Shown: positions 1-10,074 of the stretch, one piece after another
Position numbering within the stretch: the stretch's first letter is position 1
Layout of the letters: every line of letters begins with the position of its first letter
Source: Halobacteriaceae archaeon
Lineage (GTDB): Archaea > Halobacteriota > Halobacteria > Halobacteriales > Halobacteriaceae
Reading direction: 5' to 3'
Assembly: GCA_042216675.1 (NCBI GenBank)
Contig: JBDGTS010000006.1
Location: 1 to 55,018, forward strand
Length of the DNA stretch: 55,018 nt
Program-made: the position numbers and the translations under genes
Notes under the pieces: model-generated
What the model was told of the DNA's origin: nothing
Databases searched by the model: none
What the model saw: the letters and a program-made list of their open reading frames with translations, nothing else

Positions 1-2
1 AC

Positions 3-431
3 ATCCAGTTCGTCCAGTCCTACGAGGGCGTCGAGGGCGACTCCGCGTCCATCACCGTCGCCACCGCCGTCATCTCGGCGCTGGAGGACATCCCCATCGC
101 ACAGGACATCGCGATGACCGGGTCGCTCTCCGTCCGGGGCGACGTGCTTCCCGTCGGTGGCGTGACCCACAAAATCGAGGCCGCCGCGAAGGCCGGCGTC
201 GACCGGGTCATCATCCCGAAGGCCAACGAACAGGACGTGATGATCGAGGACGAGTACGAGGACATGGTCGAAATCATCCCCGTCTCGCACATCAGCGAGG
301 TCCTCGACATCGCACTCGTCGGCGAACCCGAGAAGGACTCGCTGGTCACGCGCCTCCGCGAAATCACGGGGCAGGCGCTCGACAAGCAGGTCGGTCCCTC
401 CGGCACGGGCACGAACCCGAGTCCGCAGTAG
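3..431 (+). CDS. lonB: ATP-dependent protease LonB, C-terminal protease domain (5' partial)
   Basis: The frame is open from base 3: [16 protein letters not shown]...[24 protein letters not shown]. This is the Lon Ser-Lys catalytic dyad (GDSAS, VTHKI). Confidence 0.95.
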   Translation: MQFVQSYEGVEGDSASITVATAVISALEDIPIAQDIAMTGSLSVRGDVLPVGGVTHKIEAAAKAGVDRVIIPKANEQDVMIEDEYEDMVEIIPVSHISEVLDIALVGEPEKDSLVTRLREITGQALDKQVGPSGTGTNPSPQ

Positions 432-489
432 CCGCGGCCGCTTCTCTGACTCCACTACCTCTTTCCCAGTTCCCCCGAAAGCCGTGGCC

Positions 490-1179
490 ATGCCGGCGTG
501 GACGCCGTTCGTCGGATTCGTACTCGCCGTCACCGCCGTCGTCGTGGCGCTGGCCCGCGCGACGGCCGCGATGGGCGACTCGGGGCCGGTTCCGGCCGAA
601 ATCGAGGCGTGGACTCCCGTCGACCTCTCGCTGAACGTCGCGCTCACGCACGGCGCCATCGGGGCCGCCGTCGCGGGCGCGGCGTGGTTCAGCGACATTC
701 CCGCATCGGCGCTCGGCCTCGACGCGCCGGCACCCGTCGCCGTCGGCCTCGGCGTCGCGGCGGGCGCGGCGCTCTACGTCCTCGACGAGACGGCGGCGTG
801 GCTGGCCGACCGACTCGGCGTCCCGTACAGCGAACGCCTCCGCGAGTTCCTCACACCCGAAACGCGGGGCGGGTGGGTCGTTCTCCTGTTCGTCGCTCTC
901 CCCGCCGTCGCTGGCGCGGAGGAACTCCTCTTCCGGGCGGCGCTCGTCGGCGTCCCCGCGGCGGCGTACGGCGTCTCGCCGTGGCTGCTGGCCGTCCCGT
1001 CCAGTCTGCTCTTCGGCGCGGCCCACGGCACGCAGGGCCCCGGTGGCGCCGTCGTGGCCGCGCTTCTCGGATTCGGGCTGGCGGCGACGTACGTCCTCAC
1101 GGGGAGTCTGCTCGCCGCCGTCGTGGCCCACTACCTCGTGAACGCCGCGGAGTTCGCGGGCCACGAATACGTTCGATAG
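490..1179 (+). CDS. CPBP (CAAX/Abi) family intramembrane metalloprotease
   Basis: Hydrophobic protein with EELLFR, FGAAH and AHYLVN motifs, directly downstream of lonB. ATG 490 preferred over GTG 484. Confidence 0.88.
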   Translation: MPAWTPFVGFVLAVTAVVVALARATAAMGDSGPVPAEIEAWTPVDLSLNVALTHGAIGAAVAGAAWFSDIPASALGLDAPAPVAVGLGVAAGAALYVLDETAAWLADRLGVPYSERLREFLTPETRGGWVVLLFVALPAVAGAEELLFRAALVGVPAAAYGVSPWLLAVPSSLLFGAAHGTQGPGGAVVAALLGFGLAATYVLTGSLLAAVVAHYLVNAAEFAGHEYVR

Positions 1180-1231
1180 CCCCTTGACTTACAGTCGGAT
1201 TTATGGCAGTTTAGGCAACATCCTCGGTTTG

Positions 1232-2182
1232 ATGGCTGCGATACGCACCGAGGCGTTGACGAAGCACTACGGCGACGTGACAGCACTCGATGGTCTCGAT
1301 CTGACCGTCGAGTCCGGCGAGGTGTTCGGCTTTCTCGGCCCGAACGGCGCCGGCAAGTCTACGACCATCAACGTCCTGTTGGGCTTCCTCGAACCGACGG
1401 CCGGGCGCGTCGAGGTCCTCGGCACCGACGTCCTGTCGGACTCGCGGGCGGTCCGCCGACGCATGGGCGTTCTCCCCGAGGACTTCGAACCGTACGAACG
1501 GCTGACGGCCCGCGAACACATCTCCTACGCCGCCGACCTGAAAGGCGCCGACCCCGACCCCGCCCACCTCCTCGACCGGACGGGCCTCGACCCGGACGCG
1601 TGGGACCGACGGGCCGGGAACTACTCGACGGGGATGTGTCAGCGCCTCGCCCTCGCCTGCGCCCTCGTCGGCGACCCGGACCTCCTCGTCCTCGACGAAC
1701 CTTCCTCGGGTCTCGACCCGCAGGGGATGGCCGAGATGCGGGACCTGATTCTGACCGAGGCCGAGTCAGGGACGACGGTGTTTTTCTCCTCGCACATCCT
1801 CAGCGAAGTCGAAGCCGTCGCGGACCGCGTGGGCATCCTCGCGGACGGACACCTCGTCGCGACGGGTACCCTCGACGAACTCCGGGCGGGCGCGGCGGCG
1901 CGGGCGCCCCTCCGCCTCGACGTAGCGGACGTGCCTGACGGCCTCGTGGCCGACGTGGCCGACGCCGAGGGCGTCGCGGACGCGTGGGCCGAAGACGGGT
2001 CGATTCACGCCGAACTCTCCGACCCGGCCCGCAAGGTCGCCGTCATCGAGGCGGTCAACCGGGAGACGACAGTCGAGGACGTCATCTCCGAGGCGGCGTC
2101 GCTGGAGGCGATGTTCACGATGTACACGGACGGCGAGACGGACGCCGAGCGAGCGGCCGTCGCCGCGGGTGATGCGCGATGA
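1232..2182 (+). CDS. ABC transporter ATP-binding protein (exporter type)
   Basis: Walker A GPNGAGKST, signature YSTGMCQR, Walker B LLVLDEP, H-loop SSH. ATG 1232 follows an AT-rich promoter-like stretch. Confidence 0.93.
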   Translation: MAAIRTEALTKHYGDVTALDGLDLTVESGEVFGFLGPNGAGKSTTINVLLGFLEPTAGRVEVLGTDVLSDSRAVRRRMGVLPEDFEPYERLTAREHISYAADLKGADPDPAHLLDRTGLDPDAWDRRAGNYSTGMCQRLALACALVGDPDLLVLDEPSSGLDPQGMAEMRDLILTEAESGTTVFFSSHILSEVEAVADRVGILADGHLVATGTLDELRAGAAARAPLRLDVADVPDGLVADVADAEGVADAWAEDGSIHAELSDPARKVAVIEAVNRETTVEDVISEAASLEAMFTMYTDGETDAERAAVAAGDAR

Positions 2183-3018
2183 GCGTCCGCGACGCGCTCA
2201 CGGTGGCCCGTCACGACTTCCTCAGCGCCCGGCGGTCCCGCCTCGTCTGGGGCGTCATCGCCATCTACGTCGCTTTCGTGACGCTCGTCTTCTACGGCGG
2301 GTCGACCGTGAGCGACCCGTCCGTGAACCAGACGCTGTACACGCAGGTGGCGCTCACGGCCCTGCTGTTGCCGCTGGTGGCCGTCGCGGGGTCGTACCTC
2401 GCCATCGCGGGGGAGCGCGAGTCGAACACCATCCGGTTCCTGCTGTCCCAGCCGGTCTCGCGACGCGCCGTCGTCGTGGGGAAACTCCTCTCGCGGGCCG
2501 CCCTGCTGACGGTGGCGCTCGTCGTCGCGGTGGGCGTCGGCGTCGGCGTCGTCGCCCTCACCTACCCCGCGCTGGAACTGGGGAGCATCGCGAAGTTCTT
2601 CGCCCTCACGCTCCTCCTCGTCGCGGTGTACGTCTCCGTGGCCGTCGCTATCTCGGCGGCCGCGTCGAGTCGCTCGCGGGCCATCTCCGGGGCCATCGGG
2701 TTCTACTTCGTCTCCGACGTGCTGTTTCTCTTCGGGGACCTCTCGGTGGTCGGGCTCCTGCGCTACGTCCTCGAAGACCTGCTGGGCGGGGAGTACCACC
2801 GCTTCTTCTACGAGTCGTTCCGGACGCTCTCGCCCGCGAACGCGTACATCAACTCGACGCTCGCCATCTTCGACCCCGCGAACTTTCGGGGGATTCCGAG
2901 CCGCGAGGCGCTCCCGTTCTACCTCGAAACGGAGTTCATGCTCCTGATTCTCGCGGCGTGGACCGTCGTTCCGCTCCTCGTCGGGACCGTCGTCTTCGAC
3001 CGGTCTGAACTCGGGTAG
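2179..3018 (+). CDS. ABC-2 type transporter permease
   Basis: About 6 TM segments and the AIAGERESNTIRFLLSQPVSR..VVVGK motif. ATGA overlap with the ATPase gene. Confidence 0.9.
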   Translation: MSVRDALTVARHDFLSARRSRLVWGVIAIYVAFVTLVFYGGSTVSDPSVNQTLYTQVALTALLLPLVAVAGSYLAIAGERESNTIRFLLSQPVSRRAVVVGKLLSRAALLTVALVVAVGVGVGVVALTYPALELGSIAKFFALTLLLVAVYVSVAVAISAAASSRSRAISGAIGFYFVSDVLFLFGDLSVVGLLRYVLEDLLGGEYHRFFYESFRTLSPANAYINSTLAIFDPANFRGIPSREALPFYLETEFMLLILAAWTVVPLLVGTVVFDRSELG

Positions 3019-4218
3019 TCACTCGACGGGGCGCAGCAACCCCGCCAGCAGGCCGACGGCGGTCATCGCGGCCGCGCCGAGCAGAAAGGTGGACTCCCAG
3101 CCCACGTCGGCGATGAGGCCGCTCGCGACGACGCCGCCGCCGACGCCGCCCCACACCTTCGCGGTGTAGAGGAGCGCGTAGTTCTCCGAGGACCGCGAGG
3201 GGCCGTAGTACTCGCCGACGAGCGCCGGCACGACGGAGAACACCGGACTCCGGAAGAACGCGGCCGCGCCGAGGGCCGCGACGAACGGGACGCCGCGGCC
3301 GGCCTCGCCGAGGGGCACCGCCGCGGCCAGCACCAGTCCACACACCGTCACGGAGGCCGCGACGGTCCGCTCGCGCCCGAGGCGGTCCGAGAGGCCACCC
3401 ACGGTGAGGATGCCCGCCGCGTCCGCGAGGGCGACGACGGACGCCGCGGCCGTCGCCAGCGCCGCCGGGAAGCCGAACTGCTCGACGAAGGCCACTGCCT
3501 TCCCGATGAGCATCAGGCCCACGCCGTTGACGACGACGAGCATCACCTACAGCACCCAGAACTGCCACGTCCGAATCGCCTCGCGCCACCCGTGCGCTCG
3601 TTCCGAGTCCGGGTCCGAGTCCGGGTCCGCGTCGGGTTCCCCGCCGTCGGTCGCTCGCTCGGGGTCACGGAGAACGATGGCGCCGAGGAGGGCCGCGAGG
3701 CCCGTCACCGCCCCGACGGCGACGAGCGTCCCGGTGAAGTCCGTGGCGACGCCCTCGCGCACGAACGGGATGAAGAGGACGCTCAGACCGCTGTACATCA
3801 GCGTCACGACGCCGGTTGCGAGACCGCGGCGCTCCGTGAACCACTTGACGGGGGTATTGACGGCGACGGTGTAACAGATGCCGGCGCCGGCGCCCCCGGC
3901 CCCGTAGGCGACGTAGACGGCCGTCGTCGCCGTCGCGAGGCCGGTACCGACGTAGCCGCCCGCGAGGAGCAGTGCGCCGACCAGCATCGGAACCCGGGGG
4001 CCGTGCCTGTCCCGGAAGCGCCCCGCGGGGAACTGCGAGAGCGTCTGCGCGACGACGTAGATGGTGAAGACGGTCCCCAGCGACGTCTCGGTGGCGCCCA
4101 CCTGCGTCGCGAGCGCCGGCCGAATGGAGGACCAGACGAACTGGTAGGTGCCGGCGGCACCCATCGCGAGGGCCGCGACGGCGACGAGGAGCCACGGGGA
4201 CCGCAGGCGGTGGCGCAT
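3019..4218 (-). pseudogene. MFS transporter (OFA / oxalate:formate antiporter-like) interrupted by one in-frame TAG at 3547-3549
   Basis: ORFs 3547..4221 and 3019..3546 share one frame (…TWQFWVL*VMLVVVNGVG…). Together they give ~399 aa with both MFS motif-A copies (GRFRDRHGPR, GGLSDRLGRER) and KWFTERRGLATG. Confidence 0.8.
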
Positions 4219-4262
4219 CACGCCGCCCTACCGCCCTCGGTCCCTTGAACGTATCCGTCCCG

Positions 4263-4718
4263 TCACAGCCCCTCCAGACTCCGGAGTTTCTGCTCCACGT
4301 CGGCCGGCGCGGCCGATGCACCGTCGCGCACCCGGTGGTCGGGGACGAGAAGCGGCGCGGGGTTGTCCGCCAGCGCTTCCCGCGCCAAGTCCTGGTCGTC
4401 GGCCGACCCGGCGTCGAGGCCGGGCGTCATCCGCACCAGCGACTCCACAGTCACCTGTTCGCCGTACGGAATCTCCCGCACGGCTTCGAGCACGTCGCGC
4501 CGGTCCCCCGAGACGGTGAGGCCCACGTCCACGTCGCCGAAGTCCTCCTCGACGCCCTCCAGATACGCCTCGACGCGGTCGAGCAGGGGGTGGTCGCTCT
4601 CGGCCTCCTCGTCGGGACTCTCGGGAAACGAGACGGAGATGACCTTCTGCCCCGCGACGCCGAGTTGGACGTACCGACCGAGGTACGAGAACTGCCGCGC
4701 GTAGATGCCCGTGTCCAT
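4263..4718 (-). CDS. MGMT / alkyltransferase-like DNA-binding protein
   Basis: VREIPYGEQVT…NPAPLLVPDHRV matches the Ogt fold, with the catalytic PCHRV Cys replaced by Asp. Start taken at MDTGIYAR. Confidence 0.85.
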   Translation of the reverse strand: MDTGIYARQFSYLGRYVQLGVAGQKVISVSFPESPDEEAESDHPLLDRVEAYLEGVEEDFGDVDVGLTVSGDRRDVLEAVREIPYGEQVTVESLVRMTPGLDAGSADDQDLAREALADNPAPLLVPDHRVRDGASAAPADVEQKLRSLEGL

Positions 4719-4773
4719 GTCGTCGGCTTCGGCCGGCCGCGCCTTCAAGCGTTCCCCGCGGACCTCCGCAACC

Positions 4774-4803
4774 CTTATGAACAGACCAGTTCATTAATGT
4801 ACA
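4774..4803 (+). promoter_or_regulatory. trpC promoter (TATA-like CTTATGAA) with three phased TRP-box-like hexamers
   Basis: TGAACA (4778), AGTTCA (4788) and TGTACA (4798) at 10-bp spacing in an AT-rich island just upstream of ATG 4807. TGTACA is the known archaeal TrpY TRP box. Confidence 0.65.
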
Positions 4804-4806
4804 CTA

Positions 4807-5562
4807 ATGGACGACACAGGCCAAATCGCACCGGAGGTCGCGTCGATACTCGACGCGGCCCGTGCGCGCGAGACGGCGGCCTCACGGCTCGCGGTCGACG
4901 CGCGCCCCCTCGACGAGGCGTTCGCGGCCGCCGCGGACGCGGGCCGGATGCCGGTCATCGCCGAGGTGAAACCGACCAGCCCCACCACAGACGGCGTCCA
5001 CGAGGACGACCCGGTGGCACTCGCCGAGCAGATGGTCGCGGGCGGCGCGGCGGCGCTCTCGGTGCTGACCGAACCCGAGCACTTCGGCGGGTCCCCCGAC
5101 ACCTTGCGCGAGGTGCGCGCGGCCGTCGACGTGCCCGTCCTCCGCAAGGACTTCCTCCTTCAGGAGGGGGACCTCGACCTCGTGGCCGCGGACGTGGTGC
5201 TTCTCATCGCCCGCTTCGTCGACGACTTGCCGGGCCTCCTTGACGCGGCCCGCGACCGGGGCTTTCAGGTCCTCGTCGAGGTCCACACCCGCGAGGAACT
5301 CCGGACCGCCGTCGAGGCGGGCGCGGAGTACATCGGCGTCAACAACCGCGACTTGGCGGCGCTCACGGTCGACTTGGACACGTTCGGGTCCGTCGCGTCG
5401 GCCGCGCCCGACGACGTGACGCTGGTCGCGGAGAGCGGCCTCGGGTCGCCGGCGGACGTCGAGCGAATGCGCGAGGCGGGCGCGGACGCCTGCCTCATCG
5501 GTACGGCTATCATGGACGGCGACGTGGAGACGAACACGCGACGACTCTCGCTCTCACAATGA
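4807..5562 (+). CDS. trpC: Indole-3-glycerol-phosphate synthase
   Basis: [38 protein letters not shown] and VAESG motifs. Confidence 0.97.
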   Translation: MDDTGQIAPEVASILDAARARETAASRLAVDARPLDEAFAAAADAGRMPVIAEVKPTSPTTDGVHEDDPVALAEQMVAGGAAALSVLTEPEHFGGSPDTLREVRAAVDVPVLRKDFLLQEGDLDLVAADVVLLIARFVDDLPGLLDAARDRGFQVLVEVHTREELRTAVEAGAEYIGVNNRDLAALTVDLDTFGSVASAAPDDVTLVAESGLGSPADVERMREAGADACLIGTAIMDGDVETNTRRLSLSQ

Positions 5563-6809
5563 GTTCTGACACACAGGGGAAGTTCGGACCGTACGGCGGA
5601 CAGTACGTGCCGGAGGCGCTGATGCCTGCGGTCGAAGAACTGGCGGACGCCTACCGGCGCTACGTTCACGAGAACGAGGACGGCTTCATGGACGAGTTCC
5701 GCGCCCGGATGCGGGACTTCGGCGGCCGGCCGACGCCGCTTCAGCACGCCGAGTCGCTGAGCGAGCGCTACGGCCACCCGATCTACCTCAAGCGCGAGGA
5801 CCTCCTCCACGGCGGCGCGCACAAACTCAACAACGCGCTCGGACAGGTCCTGCTGGCGAAGTACATGGGCAAGGAGCGCATCATCGCGGAAACCGGCGCG
5901 GGCCAACACGGCACTGCGACGGCGATGGCGGCGGCGCACCTCGATATGCCCTGCGAGATTTACATGGGCCGGACCGACATCAACCGTCAGCGTCCCAACG
6001 TGTTCCGGATGCGTCTCAACGGCGCCGAGGTCAACCCGGTCACCGCGGGCACGGGCACGCTGAAGGAGGCCATCAGCGAGACGATGCGCGACTGGGCCAC
6101 CAACGTTGAGGACACCCACTACGTCATCGGGTCCGTCGTCGGCCCCCATCCGTTCCCGGCGATGGTCCGGGACTTCCAGTCGGTCATCGGCGAGGAGGCC
6201 CGCGAGCAGATACGGGAGACGACGGGCGGCCTCCCCGACTCCGTCGTCGCCTGCGCGGGCGGCGGGTCGAACACGATGGGCACGTTCCACGCTTTCCGCG
6301 ACGACGAGGACGTGGCGCTCTACGCCGTCGAGGCCGGCGGCTCCGACCTCGGCATCGACGCCGAGGCGGGCGTCGCCCCTAACTCCGCGTCGCTCTCGAC
6401 GGGCGAGGAGGGCGTCCTCCACGGCGCGCGCACCAAACTCCTGCAGGACGCCGACGGCCAAATCGTCGAGTCCCACAGCGTCTCGGCGGGCCTCGACTAC
6501 GCGGGTGTCGGCCCGGAACTCGCGGCCCTCGTCGACGAGGGGCGTGTCACGCCGGTCAACGTGGACGACGACGAAGCGCTGGCCGCGTTCCACCGCCTCT
6601 CCCGCGAGGAGGGCATCATCCCCGCGCTGGAGAGCGCCCACGCCGTCGCGTACCTCGAATCCGACGCTGACCTCGGGACGACGGTGCTGAACGTCTCCGG
6701 GCGCGGCGACAAGGACTTAGAGACGGTCATCGAGGAGACGGAGCGCCGGGACCTCGACGTGGCCGTGGACATGGACGTGTTCGGCCCCGACGCGGGTGGT
6801 GTCCAGTGA
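5559..6809 (+). CDS. trpB: Tryptophan synthase beta chain
   Basis: [16 protein letters not shown] (PLP Lys), [29 protein letters not shown]. Confidence 0.98.
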   Translation: MSSDTQGKFGPYGGQYVPEALMPAVEELADAYRRYVHENEDGFMDEFRARMRDFGGRPTPLQHAESLSERYGHPIYLKREDLLHGGAHKLNNALGQVLLAKYMGKERIIAETGAGQHGTATAMAAAHLDMPCEIYMGRTDINRQRPNVFRMRLNGAEVNPVTAGTGTLKEAISETMRDWATNVEDTHYVIGSVVGPHPFPAMVRDFQSVIGEEAREQIRETTGGLPDSVVACAGGGSNTMGTFHAFRDDEDVALYAVEAGGSDLGIDAEAGVAPNSASLSTGEEGVLHGARTKLLQDADGQIVESHSVSAGLDYAGVGPELAALVDEGRVTPVNVDDDEALAAFHRLSREEGIIPALESAHAVAYLESDADLGTTVLNVSGRGDKDLETVIEETERRDLDVAVDMDVFGPDAGGVQ

Positions 6810-7636
6810 GCCGAATCGCCGAGGCGTTCGCGGACGGCCCCGCGTTCATCCCCTACGTCGCGGCGGGGGACCCGGACTTCGAGGCCTCACAGCGATACGT
6901 CGAGGCCCTCGTGGACGGCGGCGCGGACGTGGTGGAACTCGGCCTGCCGTTCTCGGACCCCGTCGCCGACGGCGCGACGATTCAGGGCGCCGTGCGACGG
7001 GCGCTGGACGCCGGGATGACCCCCGAGCGCTACTTCGAGTTCGTGGACACCCTCGACGTGGACGTGCCGCTGGTCTGCATGACCTACTACAATCTGCTCT
7101 ACCAGTACGGCGAGGGGCAGGGTCCCGAGGCGTTCGTCGAACGCGCGGCCGCGGCGGGCATCGACGGCTTCGTCATCCCCGACTTGCCCGCCGAGGAGGC
7201 CGGACCCCTCCGGGACGCCTGTGACCGCCACGACCGGGACCTCATCTTCATCGTCGCACCGACGACGCGCGGCGAGCGACTGGAGCGCATGATGGAACAG
7301 GTGTCGGGGTACGTCTACGTGCAGGCCCGTCTCGGAACCTCGGGCGCCCGCGACGACGTGTCCGGCCAGACGGCCGAGAGCCTCGCGCGCCTCGCCGACT
7401 ACGACGTGCCGAAGGCCGTCGGCTTCGGCATCAGCGAGCGGGAGCACGCCCGGGAAATCGTCGCGGCGGGCGCGGACGGCATCATCGTCGGCTCCGCGCT
7501 CGTGGACATCATCGCCGACGGCGTCGAGAACGACCGGTCCGTCGAGGCCGTGGCCGCGGACCTCGAGGCGAAGGCCCGCGAACTCGTGGCGGGTGCCAGC
7601 GCGGGGCACGACTTGGCCAAACCGGAAGGAACATAG
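6806..7636 (+). CDS. trpA: Tryptophan synthase alpha chain
   Basis: [47 protein letters not shown] overlap with trpB. Confidence 0.98.
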   Translation: MSRIAEAFADGPAFIPYVAAGDPDFEASQRYVEALVDGGADVVELGLPFSDPVADGATIQGAVRRALDAGMTPERYFEFVDTLDVDVPLVCMTYYNLLYQYGEGQGPEAFVERAAAAGIDGFVIPDLPAEEAGPLRDACDRHDRDLIFIVAPTTRGERLERMMEQVSGYVYVQARLGTSGARDDVSGQTAESLARLADYDVPKAVGFGISEREHAREIVAAGADGIIVGSALVDIIADGVENDRSVEAVAADLEAKARELVAGASAGHDLAKPEGT

Positions 7637-7663
7637 CCACCCCTTTGCTACAACCTCGCAAAG

Positions 7664-8458
7664 ATGACTGTCGGGACGGACGCACGACTCGAACGCATCC
7701 GCACAGCGGGGCGCTACCTCATCGTCCCCATGGACCACGGCATCACGATGGGCGCCGTCAAGGGCCTGAAGGACATCGAGTCCACCATCGACGCCGTCAC
7801 CGACGGCGGCGCCGACGCCGTCCTCACCCAGAAGGGCATCGCGTCCCGCGTCCACCCGAACAAGAACGGCGCGGGCTACGTCGTCCACCTCAACGGGTCG
7901 ACCGAAATCGGTCCCGACGAGAACGACAAGCGCCGCACCGGCACCGTCGAGGACGCCATCCGCGCGGGCGCCGACGCCGTCTCCTTCCACATCAACGTCG
8001 CCAGCGAGTACGAACGCGAGCAGATAGCGGGCCTCGCCGAGGTGACCAGCGCCGCCGCCGAGTACGGCATCCCGGTCCTCGCGATGGCGTACGTCCGCGG
8101 CCACGACGCCGACCCCCCGGACCCCGAGACGGTGGGCCACGCGGTCCGCCTCACCGAGGAACTCGGCGCCGACGTGGTGAAGACGGCCTACACCGGCGAC
8201 GCCGACTCCTTCGAACACGTCGTCGAGTCCACCCGCCTCCCCGTCGTCATCGCCGGCGGGAGCAAGGGCACCGACCGCGAAACCATCGAGATGGTTCGTG
8301 GCGCCATGGACGCGGGCGCCGGCGGCGTCTCGATGGGCCGCTCCATTTTCCAGCACGACGACCCCGAGGCCATCACGCGCGCCGTCAGCGCCGTCCTGCA
8401 CGACGACGCCGGCGTGGACGAGGCCCTGCGGCAGGCGGGTCTCTCCGTGGAAGCGTAA
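7664..8458 (+). CDS. aroA': 2-amino-3,7-dideoxy-D-threo-hept-6-ulosonate synthase (class I aldolase, archaeal AroA')
   Basis: PMDHGITMG, ELGADVVKT (Schiff-base Lys), VIAGG, GVSMGRSIFQ. Paired with DHQ synthase II. Confidence 0.9.
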   Translation: MTVGTDARLERIRTAGRYLIVPMDHGITMGAVKGLKDIESTIDAVTDGGADAVLTQKGIASRVHPNKNGAGYVVHLNGSTEIGPDENDKRRTGTVEDAIRAGADAVSFHINVASEYEREQIAGLAEVTSAAAEYGIPVLAMAYVRGHDADPPDPETVGHAVRLTEELGADVVKTAYTGDADSFEHVVESTRLPVVIAGGSKGTDRETIEMVRGAMDAGAGGVSMGRSIFQHDDPEAITRAVSAVLHDDAGVDEALRQAGLSVEA

Positions 8459-8500
8459 GCGACCGGGGCCTTCAAGAACCGCGCCCACCTCCGGGCCGGT

Positions 8501-9664
8501 ATGACACGCTCCGTCTGGCTGAAAGCCGACGACGAAGTCGGCGACTGGGAGGCGCGAAAGCGCCGCATCACCGCCGGCCTCGAGGCCGGCGTCGACTGGG
8601 TGCTCGTGGACGAAGCGGACGTCGAACGCGTCCGCGAACTCGGCTCCGTCAACGTCGCGGCGTTCCACACCGGCGACGCGGACGTGATGGGCGTCGAGGA
8701 GGCAGAGAGCGAGGCCGACGCCTACGTCGTCGGCAAGGACGGCGAGGGCGACGGCACCGTCGAACTCCCCTCGGACTTCTCCGGGTCCGCCGACCTGACG
8801 ACGCTCCGCCGAGACGAGCGAGTGAACGGCTCCTACGTCCGCATCTTCGATCAGGAGTACGAGTCCTTCGCGGAACGCGCCGCCGACGACGCCCAGTACA
8901 CCATCGTCGTCAGTGAGAACTGGCAGATCATCCCGCTGGAGAACCTCATCGCCCGCATCGGCGACGAGACGACCCTCGTCGCCGGCGTCCAGTCCGCCGA
9001 GGAGGCCGAGACGGCGTTCGAAACGCTGGAACTCGGCGCCGACGCCGTCCTCCTCGACGCGGACGACCCCGGCGAGATTCACGACACCGTCGCCGCCCGC
9101 GACGAGGCCGAACGCGAGCAGTTGGACCTCGAGTACGCCGAGGTCACGTCCGTCGAGGCGGCGGGTCTCGCGGACCGCGTGTGCGTCGACACGGGGTCGC
9201 TGATGGACCACGACGAGGGGATGCTCGTCGGGTCGATGTCGCGTGGCCTCTTCTTCGTCCACGCCGAGACGGCCGAGTCGCCCTACGTCGCCTCCCGGCC
9301 CTTCCGGGTCAACGCGGGCGCCGTCCACGCCTACATCCGCACGCCCGACGGCGGCACGAAGTACCTCTCGGAACTCTCCTCCGGCGACGAGGTGCAGGTG
9401 GTCGACACCTCGGGCAAGACCCGCGAGGCCGTCGTCGGCCGCGCGAAAATCGAGAAGCGCCCGATGTTCCGCGTCGAGGCGGAACTCTCGGACGGTGACC
9501 GCGTCGAGACGCTCATCCAGAACGCAGAGACCATCAAGGTCGCCACCCGCGAGGGCCGCACCGCCGTCACGGACCTCGAACCCGGCGACGAGGTTCTGCT
9601 CTACTCCGAGCAGGGCGGTCGCCACTTCGGCGAGACCATCGACGAGACCATCATCGAGAAGTAG
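8501..9664 (+). CDS. aroB': 3-dehydroquinate synthase II (archaeal AroB')
   Basis: WQIIPLENLIA, DRVCVDTGSLM, PYVASRPFRVNAGAVHAY, GRAKIEKRPM, IQNAET, GRHFG. Confidence 0.95.
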   Translation: MTRSVWLKADDEVGDWEARKRRITAGLEAGVDWVLVDEADVERVRELGSVNVAAFHTGDADVMGVEEAESEADAYVVGKDGEGDGTVELPSDFSGSADLTTLRRDERVNGSYVRIFDQEYESFAERAADDAQYTIVVSENWQIIPLENLIARIGDETTLVAGVQSAEEAETAFETLELGADAVLLDADDPGEIHDTVAARDEAEREQLDLEYAEVTSVEAAGLADRVCVDTGSLMDHDEGMLVGSMSRGLFFVHAETAESPYVASRPFRVNAGAVHAYIRTPDGGTKYLSELSSGDEVQVVDTSGKTREAVVGRAKIEKRPMFRVEAELSDGDRVETLIQNAETIKVATREGRTAVTDLEPGDEVLLYSEQGGRHFGETIDETIIEK

Positions 9665-10049
9665 CGTCGAGACGCGTCGTACACCACGGACAGAAGTCGA
9701 GGTCGTCGTCGAGTTCGCCGCCGCAGTTCGGACACGTCGGCCCGTCGTCGCTCTCGTCCTCGCCGCTCCGCCGGGCCACGAGATACACGTCGACGACGTT
9801 CAGGAGGCTCACGAACAGGATGGCCGCCGTCGCCTGCCACGGCAGGAGTCGCTGTAACTTGAAGGCCCCCTGCACGCTCTCGACCTCGCTCACCGGCACC
9901 TCCGAGAGGATGATGGCGGTGTACGCGGTGAAAAAGGAGACGCCGAACCACGCGATGGCGCGGCGCCACGCCCGGAGGACGAGGTGGCCGACGCCGGGGT
10001 AGATGACAGCACCGACGACGGCGAGGGCGGTCCGTATGCGTCCAGTCAC
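9651..10049 (-). CDS. Small membrane protein with C-terminal zinc ribbon
   Basis: PGVGHLVLRAWRRA TM motif, 3 hydrophobic segments, C-terminal CPNC-x10-CPWC. Confidence 0.8.
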   Translation of the reverse strand: MTGRIRTALAVVGAVIYPGVGHLVLRAWRRAIAWFGVSFFTAYTAIILSEVPVSEVESVQGAFKLQRLLPWQATAAILFVSLLNVVDVYLVARRSGEDESDDGPTCPNCGGELDDDLDFCPWCTTRLDATSR

Positions 10050-10074
10050 GGTCTCCCTCGTCGCTCGGCGCGTG

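Noticed and set aside
3547-3549. Pyrrolysine/TAG recoding
   Set aside because: TAG clearly terminates many genes here (lonB, trpA, aroB', gatB, topA, nreA), and there are no pyl genes in the window.
3602-3628. 12-bp tandem repeat encoding DPDSDPDS in the MFS central loop
   Set aside because: Common low-complexity acidic linker with no further structure.
6887-9625. 912-aa minus-strand ORF
   Set aside because: Antisense shadow of trpA-aroA'-aroB'. Stop codons are scarce in high-GC DNA with strong codon bias, and it has no recognisable motifs.
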